A stretch of 64,000 nucleotides of DNA from Terriglobia bacterium (GTDB lineage Bacteria; Acidobacteriota; Terriglobia; Bryobacterales; Bryobacteraceae). The notes beneath the pieces are model-generated. The model saw only the letters and a list, made by a program, of their open reading frames with translations, had not been told where the DNA came from and ran no database searches. The stretch covers positions 11,139-75,138 of the forward strand of contig CAWCYQ010000015.1 of NCBI GenBank assembly GCA_963799755.1. Reading direction: 5' to 3'. Shown here in pieces: positions 18,804 through 28,038 of the stretch. Position 1 is the stretch's first letter. Each line of letters starts with the position of its first letter. Position numbers and translations under genes: made by a program.

Positions 18804-20078
18804 ATGACAGTTATCGACCTGTTTTGTGGGGCGGGGGGCATGTCCCTCGGCTTCAAGAGTGCTGGATTCCACTGCTTGTACGCTGCGGACAACAATGATT
18901 CGGCGGTTCAGACTTATCGGGCGAACGTCGGCAACGAGGCGCTATCCGCTGAGATTACGGAGTTTATCGACCTTCCATCGGCAGACGTCATCATCGGCGG
19001 CCCCCCCTGTCAAGGCTTTTCGTCTGCCGGAATGCGAAAGAATGGCGACCGCCGCAATAGCCTTGTATCTTGCTTCACAAAGCTAGTAGTAAAGCATCGC
19101 CCCAAGGCGTTTGTATTTGAAAATGTTGAGGGCTTTCTAACAGCTGAGGATGGCAGGCGCGTGTTTGAACTGCTGATACCTCTGATCGACGCCGGATACC
19201 GCATACACTTCAGAAAAATCAACGCCGCGAATTTCGGTGTGCCTCAACTTCGAAAGCGCGTTATCGCCACAGGCGGACTTGGATGGGACCCAACCTTCCC
19301 GGATTTCACGCACGCGGCATTTGGCGCACCAGGGGCGCGATTAGCTTCTCGGCACCTGTCGCCAACACCAACCCTGAGCGACGCGCTATTCGGACTACCA
19401 ACGCCAGCCACTGTGTCCCCTGGTGTGCCCCAGGGGCATTGGTACAAACCTCTCGCCGGTGTTGACCTGGAGCGGGCAATTGCGCTTTCCGAGGGTCATA
19501 GCATGCGTGATTTGCCGGAATCGTTGCAGCACCCAAGCTTCCGACGACGAGCGCTACGGCGGGTCATGGACGGCACCCCAACAGAGAACCGCGGCGGCCC
19601 ACCGTCAGGTGTCAGAAGGTTAATTGCTGACGAGCCATCAAAGGCAATAACCAGCTCAGCCATCACCGAATTTCTGCATCCGGCTGAGCATCGGGCTCTC
19701 ACAATCCGTGAATGTGCTCGGCTGCAGACCTTCCCTGATGATTTCGTATTTTGCGGAAGCATTGCTGAGCAAATCCAATTGATCGGCAATGCCGTTCCTC
19801 CGAGACTCGCCGAAAAAATTGCAAATACGTTAGCGCACGACCTTACCGTTGTGACAAGTGCTCCTGCTCAGGGCTCGCTTCTCTCATTTGTCCCGACGCT
19901 TTCTTCGGGTTTCAGTCCTGCGCTAAGGCAGGTGACCGATCTTGTAAACTCTACTTTTTGTGCGTCTGTGGTTGTGCAGAACACACTTCTGAATGACAGT
20001 ATGGCTCTATCTAAGATGCAGGAAAACCTCCTGACAAAAGCCTCACGGGTGGCGGTTCCGATTTGGCCGTTCCATTGA
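18804..20078 (+). CDS. dcm: DNA (cytosine-5)-methyltransferase
   Basis: Motif I DLFCGAGGMSLGF, motif IV GGPPCQGFS, motif VI FENVEGF, QLRKRV, and motif X GNAVPP. Confidence 0.9.
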   Translation: MTVIDLFCGAGGMSLGFKSAGFHCLYAADNNDSAVQTYRANVGNEALSAEITEFIDLPSADVIIGGPPCQGFSSAGMRKNGDRRNSLVSCFTKLVVKHRPKAFVFENVEGFLTAEDGRRVFELLIPLIDAGYRIHFRKINAANFGVPQLRKRVIATGGLGWDPTFPDFTHAAFGAPGARLASRHLSPTPTLSDALFGLPTPATVSPGVPQGHWYKPLAGVDLERAIALSEGHSMRDLPESLQHPSFRRRALRRVMDGTPTENRGGPPSGVRRLIADEPSKAITSSAITEFLHPAEHRALTIRECARLQTFPDDFVFCGSIAEQIQLIGNAVPPRLAEKIANTLAHDLTVVTSAPAQGSLLSFVPTLSSGFSPALRQVTDLVNSTFCASVVVQNTLLNDSMALSKMQENLLTKASRVAVPIWPFH

Positions 20079-21061
20079 ATCACGCCGCTGCTTTGTATTT
20101 GGTAGCTGTGACTGCCGACGACCTCGGCATCCGTCCCCATTTCCCAGAACTGCCAAAGACCGTGCCGTCATTTTTTGGAAAGCAGCCGCTCTCCGATCTG
20201 CGCATAGATGGCCAAGAATTTCGACCACTCTATGAGAGGCTGGTGCGATTATGCCGCGATGCGGATAGCTATTTCTTCTGCCTGGCAACGCTACACAAAG
20301 CTCGGTTAAAATACGAACGAATATTAGAATTGCAGTCCGTTCCGGTGATAGATCACGTGGGACCTCGCGGTCTGCTGCAATTCGGCGCTCTGAGTCCCCG
20401 TGCTTTGGCGGGTTTTCTATTCTGGCGCAAGTGGATGTACGATATCGACAACCGCGCCGCGCAAGAGACCGGGTATGTGTTCGAGCCGATATTAGCTCAC
20501 TCGATTGGGGGCGTTCCCTTCGGGGCGACGAGAAGTCCAATAAAGAGGCGCAAAGATGGTAGGGGCAGGCAGGTAGATTGCGTATGCGAACATGACAGGC
20601 TTGCCTATGAGTTCAAACTGCGGGTCACAATTGCCGCATCGGGTCAGGGTAGATGGGCCGAGGAGATCGACTTTCCCGGCGACTGCAAGGAAGCTGGTTA
20701 TAAACCTGTCCTGATCGTTCTGGACCCCACGCGAAATCCGAAGCTTGCCGAACTGTCGAAAGCTTTTCAATCGGCAGGCGGCGAATCCCACATAGGCGAG
20801 AAGGCATGGGAACACCTGCATGCCGCCGCAGGGAATACAATGTCCACGTTCCTGGAGCGATACGTCCACAAGCCAATTGATGCCCTTCTGAGCGAAGCAC
20901 CAAGCGAGCTGCCGGATATCCTTCTCCAAATGTCTGAGAGCGAGTTCCGCGTAACTGTTGGCGGCGAACTTTTTAGGGTTGGACGGGCAGGCAGCGACAG
21001 CAAACTTCCTTCGGAGCCAGATGCTCTCCCGGAAGATGTTGACGAACAACTTCCGGGTTGA
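20063..21061 (+). CDS. putative type II restriction endonuclease (PD-(D/E)XK candidate), family not recognised
   Basis: It sits between dcm and vsr and overlaps the dcm stop by 16 nt. The segment QVDCVCEHDRLAYEFKLR fits D-x10-E-x-K. Confidence 0.5.
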   Translation: MAVPLNHAAALYLVAVTADDLGIRPHFPELPKTVPSFFGKQPLSDLRIDGQEFRPLYERLVRLCRDADSYFFCLATLHKARLKYERILELQSVPVIDHVGPRGLLQFGALSPRALAGFLFWRKWMYDIDNRAAQETGYVFEPILAHSIGGVPFGATRSPIKRRKDGRGRQVDCVCEHDRLAYEFKLRVTIAASGQGRWAEEIDFPGDCKEAGYKPVLIVLDPTRNPKLAELSKAFQSAGGESHIGEKAWEHLHAAAGNTMSTFLERYVHKPIDALLSEAPSELPDILLQMSESEFRVTVGGELFRVGRAGSDSKLPSEPDALPEDVDEQLPG

Positions 21062-21066
21062 CAGAG

Positions 21067-21546
21067 ATGGCTGGGCGTTCAATACGGTCCCGAGCGCCGA
21101 AGGCTTCTAGCGAACTCGTACGCCATGTCATGCTGGCGAACTTCGGAACGACCAAGCCGGAACGCCGTTTGCGGAGCGCCTTACACCGCGCGGGCATCCG
21201 CTTTCGAGTAGACTGCAGGCCAATACCTGAGATAAGGTGCGCCGCTGATGTTGTGTTCCCACGGCAGCGGGTTTGTATTTTTGTAGACGGTTGCTTTTGG
21301 CACGGTTGCCCCATGCATTTTAGAGTGCCGAACACAAACGCTGACTGGTGGGCCGAAAAGATTCGGGATAATGCACGCCGAGATTCCGTGCAGACTCTGG
21401 CTCTCCAAAGGGCGGGCTGGGAAGTGGTGCGAATTTGGGAGCATGAATTGCGTACCGACGCTGGCATATGCAAAGTCGTATCCATGATTATGGTTAGAGT
21501 GACTCCACATCGCTCTTCGACGCATCGCACAGCAACACAGATTTAG
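21067..21546 (+). CDS. vsr: very-short-patch repair endonuclease
   Basis: Motifs TKPERRLRSALHRAGIRFRVD, VVFPRQRVCIFVDGCFWHGCP, NADWWAEKI..N..RD and GWEVVRIWEHE. An alternative TTG start at 21058 overlaps the upstream stop. Confidence 0.85.
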   Translation: MAGRSIRSRAPKASSELVRHVMLANFGTTKPERRLRSALHRAGIRFRVDCRPIPEIRCAADVVFPRQRVCIFVDGCFWHGCPMHFRVPNTNADWWAEKIRDNARRDSVQTLALQRAGWEVVRIWEHELRTDAGICKVVSMIMVRVTPHRSSTHRTATQI

Positions 21547-21550
21547 CGCC

Positions 21551-21571
21551 CTTGCAAAACCCTGGGGAGTC
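21551..21571. repeat. right copy of the perfect 21-bp direct repeat
   Basis: Identical to 17178-17198. Confidence 0.9.
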
Positions 21572-21842
21572 CTCACGGCCAAGCCGGCCTTTTTTACCGT
21601 TTCAAGCACCTCGGGAAGCACCTCCCTGCACTCGACCGATTCACACCTGTCGAGCAGATCGAATCGAGCGCGAAATTTCCAAGCGGCTCTGACGATCTGG
21701 CGCCGGTCTGAAAAAGTCCCACGCGCGAGAGCGAAAGTAGTCACGGCTAACCGAATTTTTTCACTTGAGCAATAACAGTGCTTTAGCGCTCTCGAGCGTG
21801 AAGAGCCGCTATCTTCAAATCGCAAAAGACCCGTAGTTACAG

Positions 21843-21860
21843 ATGTTCCACGTGGAACAT
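21843..21860. promoter_or_regulatory. perfect 18-bp palindrome atgttccacgtggaacat (candidate operator)
   Basis: Exact self-complementarity read from the sequence. It is intergenic, about 160 bp upstream of the VOC gene. Confidence 0.3.
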
Positions 21861-22018
21861 ATCACGTTTTCGCAGCACCGGACTGCCTCGAATCCTAAGC
21901 CCTTTTTACCGTGTCTCCAGCGCGCCGGAATTACTACCGCCGGTTCCTTTTATAGACGGTAAAAACCCACCCACCTTTTCACGAAGACAACCAGCATCAC
22001 TGCTACAATCCCGGATGA

Positions 22019-22414
22019 ATGTTTACCGGTATTGAGCACTTTGCAATTGCGTCGCCGAATCCGAAACGGCTTGCGGAATGGTACGTGGCGGCGCTTGGCT
22101 TCGAAATCACCTACGAATATGCGGGCAACTACTTTGTAGAGGCGCAGAACGGGGCGCTCATCGAGATCATTCCCGCCGAAGGCGAGCGCGCGGAGAGTAC
22201 CGCCCGATCACCCGGAATGAGACACATCGCCATTTGTGTCCAAGACTTTGATGGAGCCCGCGACCTGCTAGCCTCCCGAGGAGTGAAGTTCGATGCGGAG
22301 CCGTATTCGAACCAGGGCAATCGTCTTCAGTTTTTCAAAGATCCGGACGGTAATCTTCTTCATCTCATCCAACGCGAAAAGTCGCTGGCGTCTTTCAAAA
22401 CCTCCAGGCAATAA
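22019..22414 (+). CDS. VOC (glyoxalase/bleomycin-resistance) family protein
   Basis: Motifs IEHFAIASPNPKRLAEWYVAALGF, HIAICVQDFD and FFKDPDGNLLHLIQ. Confidence 0.8.
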   Translation: MFTGIEHFAIASPNPKRLAEWYVAALGFEITYEYAGNYFVEAQNGALIEIIPAEGERAESTARSPGMRHIAICVQDFDGARDLLASRGVKFDAEPYSNQGNRLQFFKDPDGNLLHLIQREKSLASFKTSRQ

Positions 22415-22477
22415 GGGCGCAACACGCTTGCGCTTGAATATCCAGATCAAGGCGACACCGACCCGGGGAAGCAGCGC

Positions 22478-23683
22478 TTGCTGAACCGAGTCTTTCGCGC
22501 ATTCCGTTATCCCGATTTCCGGCTGATGTGGCTTGGCGCCTGTACCTCGAGTATCGGCACCTGGATGCAGATTCTGGCGCAGAGCTGGCTGGTTTATCAG
22601 CTCTCAAATTCTTCGCTATATCTCGGTCTCGACACTTTTTTCGCGCAGGTTCCAGTCTTCCTGCTCTCGCTTTTCGGTGGCGTGTTTGCGGATCGCAAGA
22701 GCCGGCGTAGTCTGTTGCTTATTTCTCAGGTAATTCAGCTCGCGTCCGCGTTTATTCTGGCCCTGCTGTTTTATACGCACGTAGTGCGCGTCTGGCAGAT
22801 CTGGTGCCTGTCCTTCACGGTGGGAGTGGCCCAGGCCTTCGGCGGCCCGGCATACTCGGCGCTGATCCCGACGCTGGTGCCGAAAGAGGATCTGCAAAAT
22901 GCGATTGCCTTGAACTCGATTCAGTTCAATCTCGCCCGAGTGGTTGGACCGGCGCTCGGGGGCATTGCTCTGGTGAAGCTCGGCGCGACTTGGTGCTTCT
23001 CCATAAACGGCCTCTCATTCCTTGCTGTCATTGCGTCCTTGCTCATGATCCACCCTACTTTCGTGCCCGCCAAGACGGATCAGTCGGTGATCAGAAGCAT
23101 GCGTGAAGGAATCGAATTCCTTTTGAAACGGGAGGGGATGGGCAGCCTGGTCCTCCTGGCATTCCTGGCAACTTTGCTTTCGTATCCTCTGATTACGTTT
23201 CTGCCCGTGATGGCGCGCGATGTATTTCATGGGGGTCCAAACACATTCACATTGTTCCTTTGCCTCTCTGGAGCGGGATCTGTGACGGGGGCATTAGTCG
23301 TGGCGGGAAGCAGCACGCACGCGGGCCAGGCCAAAAGATCATTGGTCGTCATGTTGCTGCTTGGAATTCTGATAGCCGGGTTCGGGGTTTCGAGAAACCT
23401 CGCGATCAGTTCAGCTCTTGTGTTGGCGGCCGGTGCTGCCTTGATGGTTGTCTTCGCCTTGAACTCTTCCCTGGTGCAGATTTACGTGAGTGACGAAATG
23501 CGCGGCCGCGTCATGAGCGTTTACAACATGGCTTTTCGTGGCGGTATACCTATCGGGAGCTTGATGTCGGGTTTGCTCATCAAGCAGGCCTCCGCTCCGG
23601 CGATTATGACGGGCAACGGATTGCTGTTGGTGGTCATGGCCGCCTATTTCTTACTTACACAGCGCAAACTAACAAGGCTTTAG
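22478..23683 (+). CDS. MFS transporter (EntS/MFS_3-like)
   Basis: About 12 hydrophobic segments. N-terminal FRAFRYPDFRLMWLGACTSSIGTWMQILAQSWLVYQLS and loop motif GGVFADRKSRR. The TTG start is tentative. Confidence 0.8.
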   Translation: MLNRVFRAFRYPDFRLMWLGACTSSIGTWMQILAQSWLVYQLSNSSLYLGLDTFFAQVPVFLLSLFGGVFADRKSRRSLLLISQVIQLASAFILALLFYTHVVRVWQIWCLSFTVGVAQAFGGPAYSALIPTLVPKEDLQNAIALNSIQFNLARVVGPALGGIALVKLGATWCFSINGLSFLAVIASLLMIHPTFVPAKTDQSVIRSMREGIEFLLKREGMGSLVLLAFLATLLSYPLITFLPVMARDVFHGGPNTFTLFLCLSGAGSVTGALVVAGSSTHAGQAKRSLVVMLLLGILIAGFGVSRNLAISSALVLAAGAALMVVFALNSSLVQIYVSDEMRGRVMSVYNMAFRGGIPIGSLMSGLLIKQASAPAIMTGNGLLLVVMAAYFLLTQRKLTRL

Positions 23684-23710
23684 AACAACATACCCGGTTA
23701 GAATCGTGGT

Positions 23711-24430
23711 TTGAGAATCTATCGTCTAAAGTTTCTGCGCCGTTTCACCGGCTGGATCGCGCTTAGTTTTTTTGTGCTAGAGGGAGCACCTCCCGATCGG
23801 GAACTGCTGAAAGCCCGCGATCAGCAGAACCTTCAGGCACTTGACACTCTGATTGCACGCTACAAGAAAGCTGCCGACGCGGGCAGCAACTCCGCCGACG
23901 CACAATATAACTCCGCGCTGGCCTACTCCTTTGCAGCGGAAGTAGCCATGGAACTGCGCGATAAGCGGAAAGCGGAGTCGTATGCAGTGGCTGGTCTCGA
24001 CCCTGCGAAAAAGGCCGTCGCGGAAAACGGCTCGAACGCGGAATACCACCGTTTGCTCGGCGCGCTCTGCGGCCAGGTGATTCCAGCTAACCCGATCATG
24101 GGAGCTTTGAGTTATGGAAGCTGCGCGCGCGATGAGATCAATAAGGCCATCAGTTTGGATAGCCACTTGGCCCTCGCCTACGTCACACGCGGTATCGGAA
24201 ACTTCTATTTGCCTTCCCAGATGGGAGGCGGCCTGGATCTGGCACTGAAAGATATCGACGAGGCCATCTCGCTTGACCCGAATTTGGCAGACGCTTACAT
24301 CTGGAAGGGTGTCATTCTGCGCAAAGCGAACAGAAACAATGACGCGCGTCAGGCCTTTTCAGAGGCTCTGAAGCTTGATCCCGATCGGCTTTGGGCGAAG
24401 CAGCAGCTAGAGAAAACGCCGCCCCGGTAA
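23711..24430 (+). CDS. TPR-repeat protein with N-terminal signal/anchor
   Basis: Repeated A..Y...G......A..D...AI.LDP patterns (AISLDSHLALAYVTRG, AISLDPNLADAYIWKG, ALKLDPDRLWA). Confidence 0.7.
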   Translation: MRIYRLKFLRRFTGWIALSFFVLEGAPPDRELLKARDQQNLQALDTLIARYKKAADAGSNSADAQYNSALAYSFAAEVAMELRDKRKAESYAVAGLDPAKKAVAENGSNAEYHRLLGALCGQVIPANPIMGALSYGSCARDEINKAISLDSHLALAYVTRGIGNFYLPSQMGGGLDLALKDIDEAISLDPNLADAYIWKGVILRKANRNNDARQAFSEALKLDPDRLWAKQQLEKTPPR

Positions 24431-25983
24431 TGTGGCGCGCTCTGGCGGTCTTTCTAGGATTTCTGGCGGTCGCCTGGCTCGAGTTCGAGGTCTTTCCGGG
24501 ACACACTTATCTGGCATCATCCAGCCAGCTTTACGTGCCGATGATCCAGCACCTCGCTACGCCCGGTTATCTCTCGCGTGACTTGGTTGCTACGCACCCT
24601 AATTTGACTTACACCGTGTACGACGAGCTAACTCTCTTCTTGCATGCTGCGGGTAGGATGGATTTCCGCGAAGCGCTGGCTGCGCAGCAGGCCGCATGCC
24701 GCTTGGCGGGTTTGCTTGGCATATTTCTCCTGGCGCGCTCTGCCGGATTGAAGCCCTTCTTCGCGCTCGCTACAACCGCCTTGCTAAACCTGGGAACATT
24801 TCTGCCGGGGCCAGATATCTGGCTTATCGATCGCGAGCCTGTGCCCCGCGCCTTCGCCTTCGGCTTGATTTTTCTAGCGATGGGATGCCTGGCCCGAGAA
24901 AAGCCGCTCCTCGCAGCCCTGTTTGGCGGCTTGGCGCTCTTGTACGACCCGGCCATTTCCGGGCCCTTCTGGCTTACGGTTCTGATTGCCTTCATAGCTG
25001 ACCGGCAAATGAGAAGACTGGTGAAGCCGATGCTGCCGGTGCTCCTCGTGTTCATTCTCATGCTGGCAAACCTGGCGCAGTTACAGCCGGGAACCCCGGA
25101 TTCACAGCCTTTTTTCAGCCAATTCTCCCGCCAGGTAGGCGCATTGGAGAAGCTTCGAACGCCCGAACTTTGGATCTCGCTCTGGCCGCGGGGAGCTGTC
25201 TACCTCTCTGTGGCAATTTTTGTAATCGGCGTCTGGGCGACAGCTCGAATCTGGCTGCTTCTCAACCGGCAACTCAGATGGATGCTCGTGCTTATCCCCT
25301 TGATGGCGCTGGGCACCCTTCCTTTCTCCCGTATTCTGTTACAGCACTACCGGTGGTCTGCTATTCTCCGTCTCCAACCGGCGCAGACGCTCGTTTACTT
25401 GTTTGCTCTATCTTGGCTGGTCTGTGCGGCCGCGGCGGTGCAGGCGATAAAGCAACGCTCGCAAACCGAAGCGTTGATTTGGTGCGTACTCTGCATTTTG
25501 GCGCTATCATTCAACATCGGAAGACTGCAAAAGCAACGCGCAGATCCGGAACTTCAGGAACTCGCCGCGTGGGCAGAGAACAGCACCTGGGGAAGCTCTA
25601 TGTTCTTGTTTCCGGACGCTGGCCGCGATCGCTATCCAGGTGTGTTTCGCGCCGAATCCCGCCGTTCTTTGTGGGTCGATTGGGAAAGTGGACGTCTGAT
25701 GAATTACTACACGGCGACCGCCGGCGAGTGGTGGATGCGTTGGAAGAATACCATGCAAACTCCTCTCTCGGGCGACCACCTGCAGCAGATGTTGTCGCTG
25801 CCGATCGATTACTATGTGTTCAATCGTCGCAATGTTGTGGGAGCGAGCACCGAGAGTGGCTGGTTGCGCGCAAAGCCGGTTTTCAGCAACAGCGAATTCG
25901 TAGTGTATGACGCTAGCGCTTTGCGAATTTTACCGGGCCATCTTACGCTGACCTCTCGCGCGAATATCAGCTATGTAAATTGA
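24430..25983 (+). CDS. polytopic membrane protein of unknown function
   Basis: Many hydrophobic segments. The ATG at 24430 shares one base with the TPR gene stop (TAATG). The C-terminal ~150 aa are soluble. Confidence 0.65.
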   Translation: MWRALAVFLGFLAVAWLEFEVFPGHTYLASSSQLYVPMIQHLATPGYLSRDLVATHPNLTYTVYDELTLFLHAAGRMDFREALAAQQAACRLAGLLGIFLLARSAGLKPFFALATTALLNLGTFLPGPDIWLIDREPVPRAFAFGLIFLAMGCLAREKPLLAALFGGLALLYDPAISGPFWLTVLIAFIADRQMRRLVKPMLPVLLVFILMLANLAQLQPGTPDSQPFFSQFSRQVGALEKLRTPELWISLWPRGAVYLSVAIFVIGVWATARIWLLLNRQLRWMLVLIPLMALGTLPFSRILLQHYRWSAILRLQPAQTLVYLFALSWLVCAAAAVQAIKQRSQTEALIWCVLCILALSFNIGRLQKQRADPELQELAAWAENSTWGSSMFLFPDAGRDRYPGVFRAESRRSLWVDWESGRLMNYYTATAGEWWMRWKNTMQTPLSGDHLQQMLSLPIDYYVFNRRNVVGASTESGWLRAKPVFSNSEFVVYDASALRILPGHLTLTSRANISYVN

Positions 25984-26554
25984 TGCCCAGTTTTTTCAGC
26001 TCTTCGGCGTAGTAGCGTCTGTGAAGAATATCGTATTCTTCGCCGCCCTCTGCGATTTCCCGTTTCTGGGTGCGGATCTTGGCGCGAGCTGCCTTGTCCA
26101 CGCGATCCTCCATCTGGAGCACATCGGTCATTTCCTTCAGAAGCGCGAGCCGCAGTTCATTCTGATCTTTGCGCACTCGGAAATCTCGGGACCTGCGCAA
26201 TGCGGTGACGATCTTGTGAGATAGGTCGTTTACTTTATCTCGCGAGAGCTTCATCGGATCGCCGGTATCGCGGCCTGACGCTCGAATAACCTTCCGTTGC
26301 GCGAGTAACTGGTTCTTGATTTTGCGAAACATCTCCTGATAGGAAACGTTCTCCCGCCGCATATATTCGCTGTAATCGTCCAGCAAGTCTCGAACTTCGT
26401 CATTCAATTGGTCTTCGACAGAGAGATCCTGCTCGATAATCTCGCTGATAACGCCCGCAGCGACTACCGGATTGGAAGTTTCAAAGTAGGCAGGACTGAG
26501 CCGATCCACGAGCTGCCGAGACAAATAACCGATAAATTCCCGGGCCAATAGCAT
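25967..26554 (-). CDS. DUF507-family protein
   Basis: Full-length ORF with the pattern REFIGYLSRQLVDRL... and two similar halves rich in charged helices (LSVEDQLNDEVRDLL, MEDRVDKAARAKIR). Confidence 0.65.
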   Translation of the reverse strand: MLLAREFIGYLSRQLVDRLSPAYFETSNPVVAAGVISEIIEQDLSVEDQLNDEVRDLLDDYSEYMRRENVSYQEMFRKIKNQLLAQRKVIRASGRDTGDPMKLSRDKVNDLSHKIVTALRRSRDFRVRKDQNELRLALLKEMTDVLQMEDRVDKAARAKIRTQKREIAEGGEEYDILHRRYYAEELKKLGINLHS

Positions 26555-26612
26555 CCGAGCGTTAGTTTAACAATTCCGCGGCTCCTAACCGGAATAACGC
26601 TTGCTTCACGGG

Positions 26613-27047
26613 CTAGGATTCTCCCCGGTGTTGAGCCAAGAACTCACCGTCAATGGGCTGGCGGCCAGGAAATCCAGCTTCGATTTGGTGCCAGTAAGCA
26701 ATATTTGCCTCGCCCAATTTCCAGCATAAGTAGACTTCCTTGCCACGGTAAAGAGTAGGAAAATCCACCAGGCCGGTTTCAATGTCTTTCAGCAGGCAAC
26801 CGATCTCCTCGAGTTTTTTGAGGGATGTTCCGAGCCCTCGCGCCGCGGCATCTTTCCGGTTTCGAAGCTGGCTGATTTTGTCGCGCGGCGGAATCATGCC
26901 TCCCGTGATGGAGATGCGCTGGAGAAATCGATGGAGTTCGGTCTCGGTCCGCTGATAGTCTTCTTTCAGTTGAAGCAAGCTACGTAGCAGACCCTCCACT
27001 TCTGGAAGGAAACGTTCGGCTTCGAGCAAGTTGAAGAAGCGGGGCAT
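26613..27047 (-). CDS. DUF2203-family protein
   Basis: Motifs FNLLEAERFLPEV...GCLLKDIETGLVDFP....GKEVYLCWKLGE..I.YWH. The start is taken at MPRFFNL so that it does not overlap nfo. Confidence 0.6.
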   Translation of the reverse strand: MPRFFNLLEAERFLPEVEGLLRSLLQLKEDYQRTETELHRFLQRISITGGMIPPRDKISQLRNRKDAAARGLGTSLKKLEEIGCLLKDIETGLVDFPTLYRGKEVYLCWKLGEANIAYWHQIEAGFPGRQPIDGEFLAQHRGES

Positions 27048-27117
27048 CTGATAATTGATGGCTTCAGGCGCGAGTATAGCAGTGAATCGCTTGCCGCCAG
27101 TTGCATAAGCTAGTGAC

Positions 27118-28038
27118 TTGCGCATCGGCATTCATACCTCTACTGCAGGCGCGCTGGAGCGTTCGGCAATAAAAGCGGCCGCATTGGGTGCCAACACATT
27201 CCAGATCTTCTCCGCGAGCCCGCGCATGTGGAAGACCAGGCGGCCCGATCCCGAGCAGATCCGGCTTCTGAACCAGGAACGCGAAAAAGGAGACCTGACT
27301 CCGCTAGTTATCCACGATAGTTACCTGATCAATCTGGCGGCGCCAACCTCTGAGATTCGTGAGAAGTCGATTGAGGGATTTCGAGGAGAGATTGAACGAG
27401 CGCTCCTGATTGGCGCCGAGTACCTCGTAGCGCATCCCGGAAGCTACAAGGGCCTGACACCCGAGCAAGGTCTGCTAAACGTGACGGCAGCGCTCGCGCT
27501 CGCCTGGCGGTCGGTCGATGCAAGTCTTAGAACACGGCCCAGATTGAAGATTCTGCTTGAAAATACGGCTGGAGCTGGAGCGCAACTCGGAGGGAAACTG
27601 GAAGAACTCGCCTTCATTCGTGCTCTGGCCGAGCCCTATCTGGGTATTCCGGTTGGCTTCTGCCTGGACACCTGTCATTGTTACGTCAACGGCTTCGACA
27701 TTTCGCAGGAGAAAGGCCTGGCTGATTTCCTGCTCCTTGCTTCAGAGACGCTTGGCCTTGAAAATGTACCTGTCATTCATACCAACGACACTAAAATGAA
27801 CCTCAGTTCGCACTGTGACCGGCACGCCAATATCGGAGAAGGCAATATCGGACGTGAGGGCTTTCGCCGTATCTTGAATCATCCCAGCTTGCTTGAGAAA
27901 GCGTTCATTCTCGAAACGCCTGTCGACAAACCGGGCGACGATCTTCGCAACATTCGTGCGCTGCAAGCATTAGTAGCCACGAAGAAGCGTGTAAATCGAA
28001 AGAAGGCAAGAGCCGCTGGATCGGTGCTTGCCGGCTAG
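27118..28038 (+). CDS. nfo: endonuclease IV (deoxyribonuclease IV)
   Basis: Motifs MRIGIHTS.AG, FQIFSASPRMW, IHDSYLINLA, HPGS, LENTAG, CLDTCH and HTND. Confidence 0.85.
   Translation: MRIGIHTSTAGALERSAIKAAALGANTFQIFSASPRMWKTRRPDPEQIRLLNQEREKGDLTPLVIHDSYLINLAAPTSEIREKSIEGFRGEIERALLIGAEYLVAHPGSYKGLTPEQGLLNVTAALALAWRSVDASLRTRPRLKILLENTAGAGAQLGGKLEELAFIRALAEPYLGIPVGFCLDTCHCYVNGFDISQEKGLADFLLLASETLGLENVPVIHTNDTKMNLSSHCDRHANIGEGNIGREGFRRILNHPSLLEKAFILETPVDKPGDDLRNIRALQALVATKKRVNRKKARAAGSVLAG

Larger units (their letters stand above)
17178..21571. mobile_element. 4.37-kb inserted island (restriction-modification cargo, no recombinase left)
   Basis: Bounded by the 21-bp direct repeat. Its composition is lower in GC and irregular. 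It contains a phage-type P63C pseudogene, a transposase relic and the dcm / endonuclease / vsr genes. Confidence 0.5.

Noticed and set aside
21572-21600. A terminator-like sequence, ggccaagccggcctttttt, after the right repeat.
   Set aside because: The stem is only 4 bp (GGCC/GGCC), too weak to call an intrinsic terminator.
21181-21825. A 214-aa ORF on the - strand crossing the right 21-bp repeat and running antisense through vsr.
   Set aside because: Most of its length is antisense to a well-supported vsr gene. Only the first ~90 codons (21575-21825) are outside the island. Across the left repeat copy the same frame would end ...TPQGFASGFYEDVLS* at 17150, so a ~100-aa ancestral ORF is conceivable. 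It has a TTG start, no Shine-Dalgarno sequence and no motif, so it is not reported as a gene.
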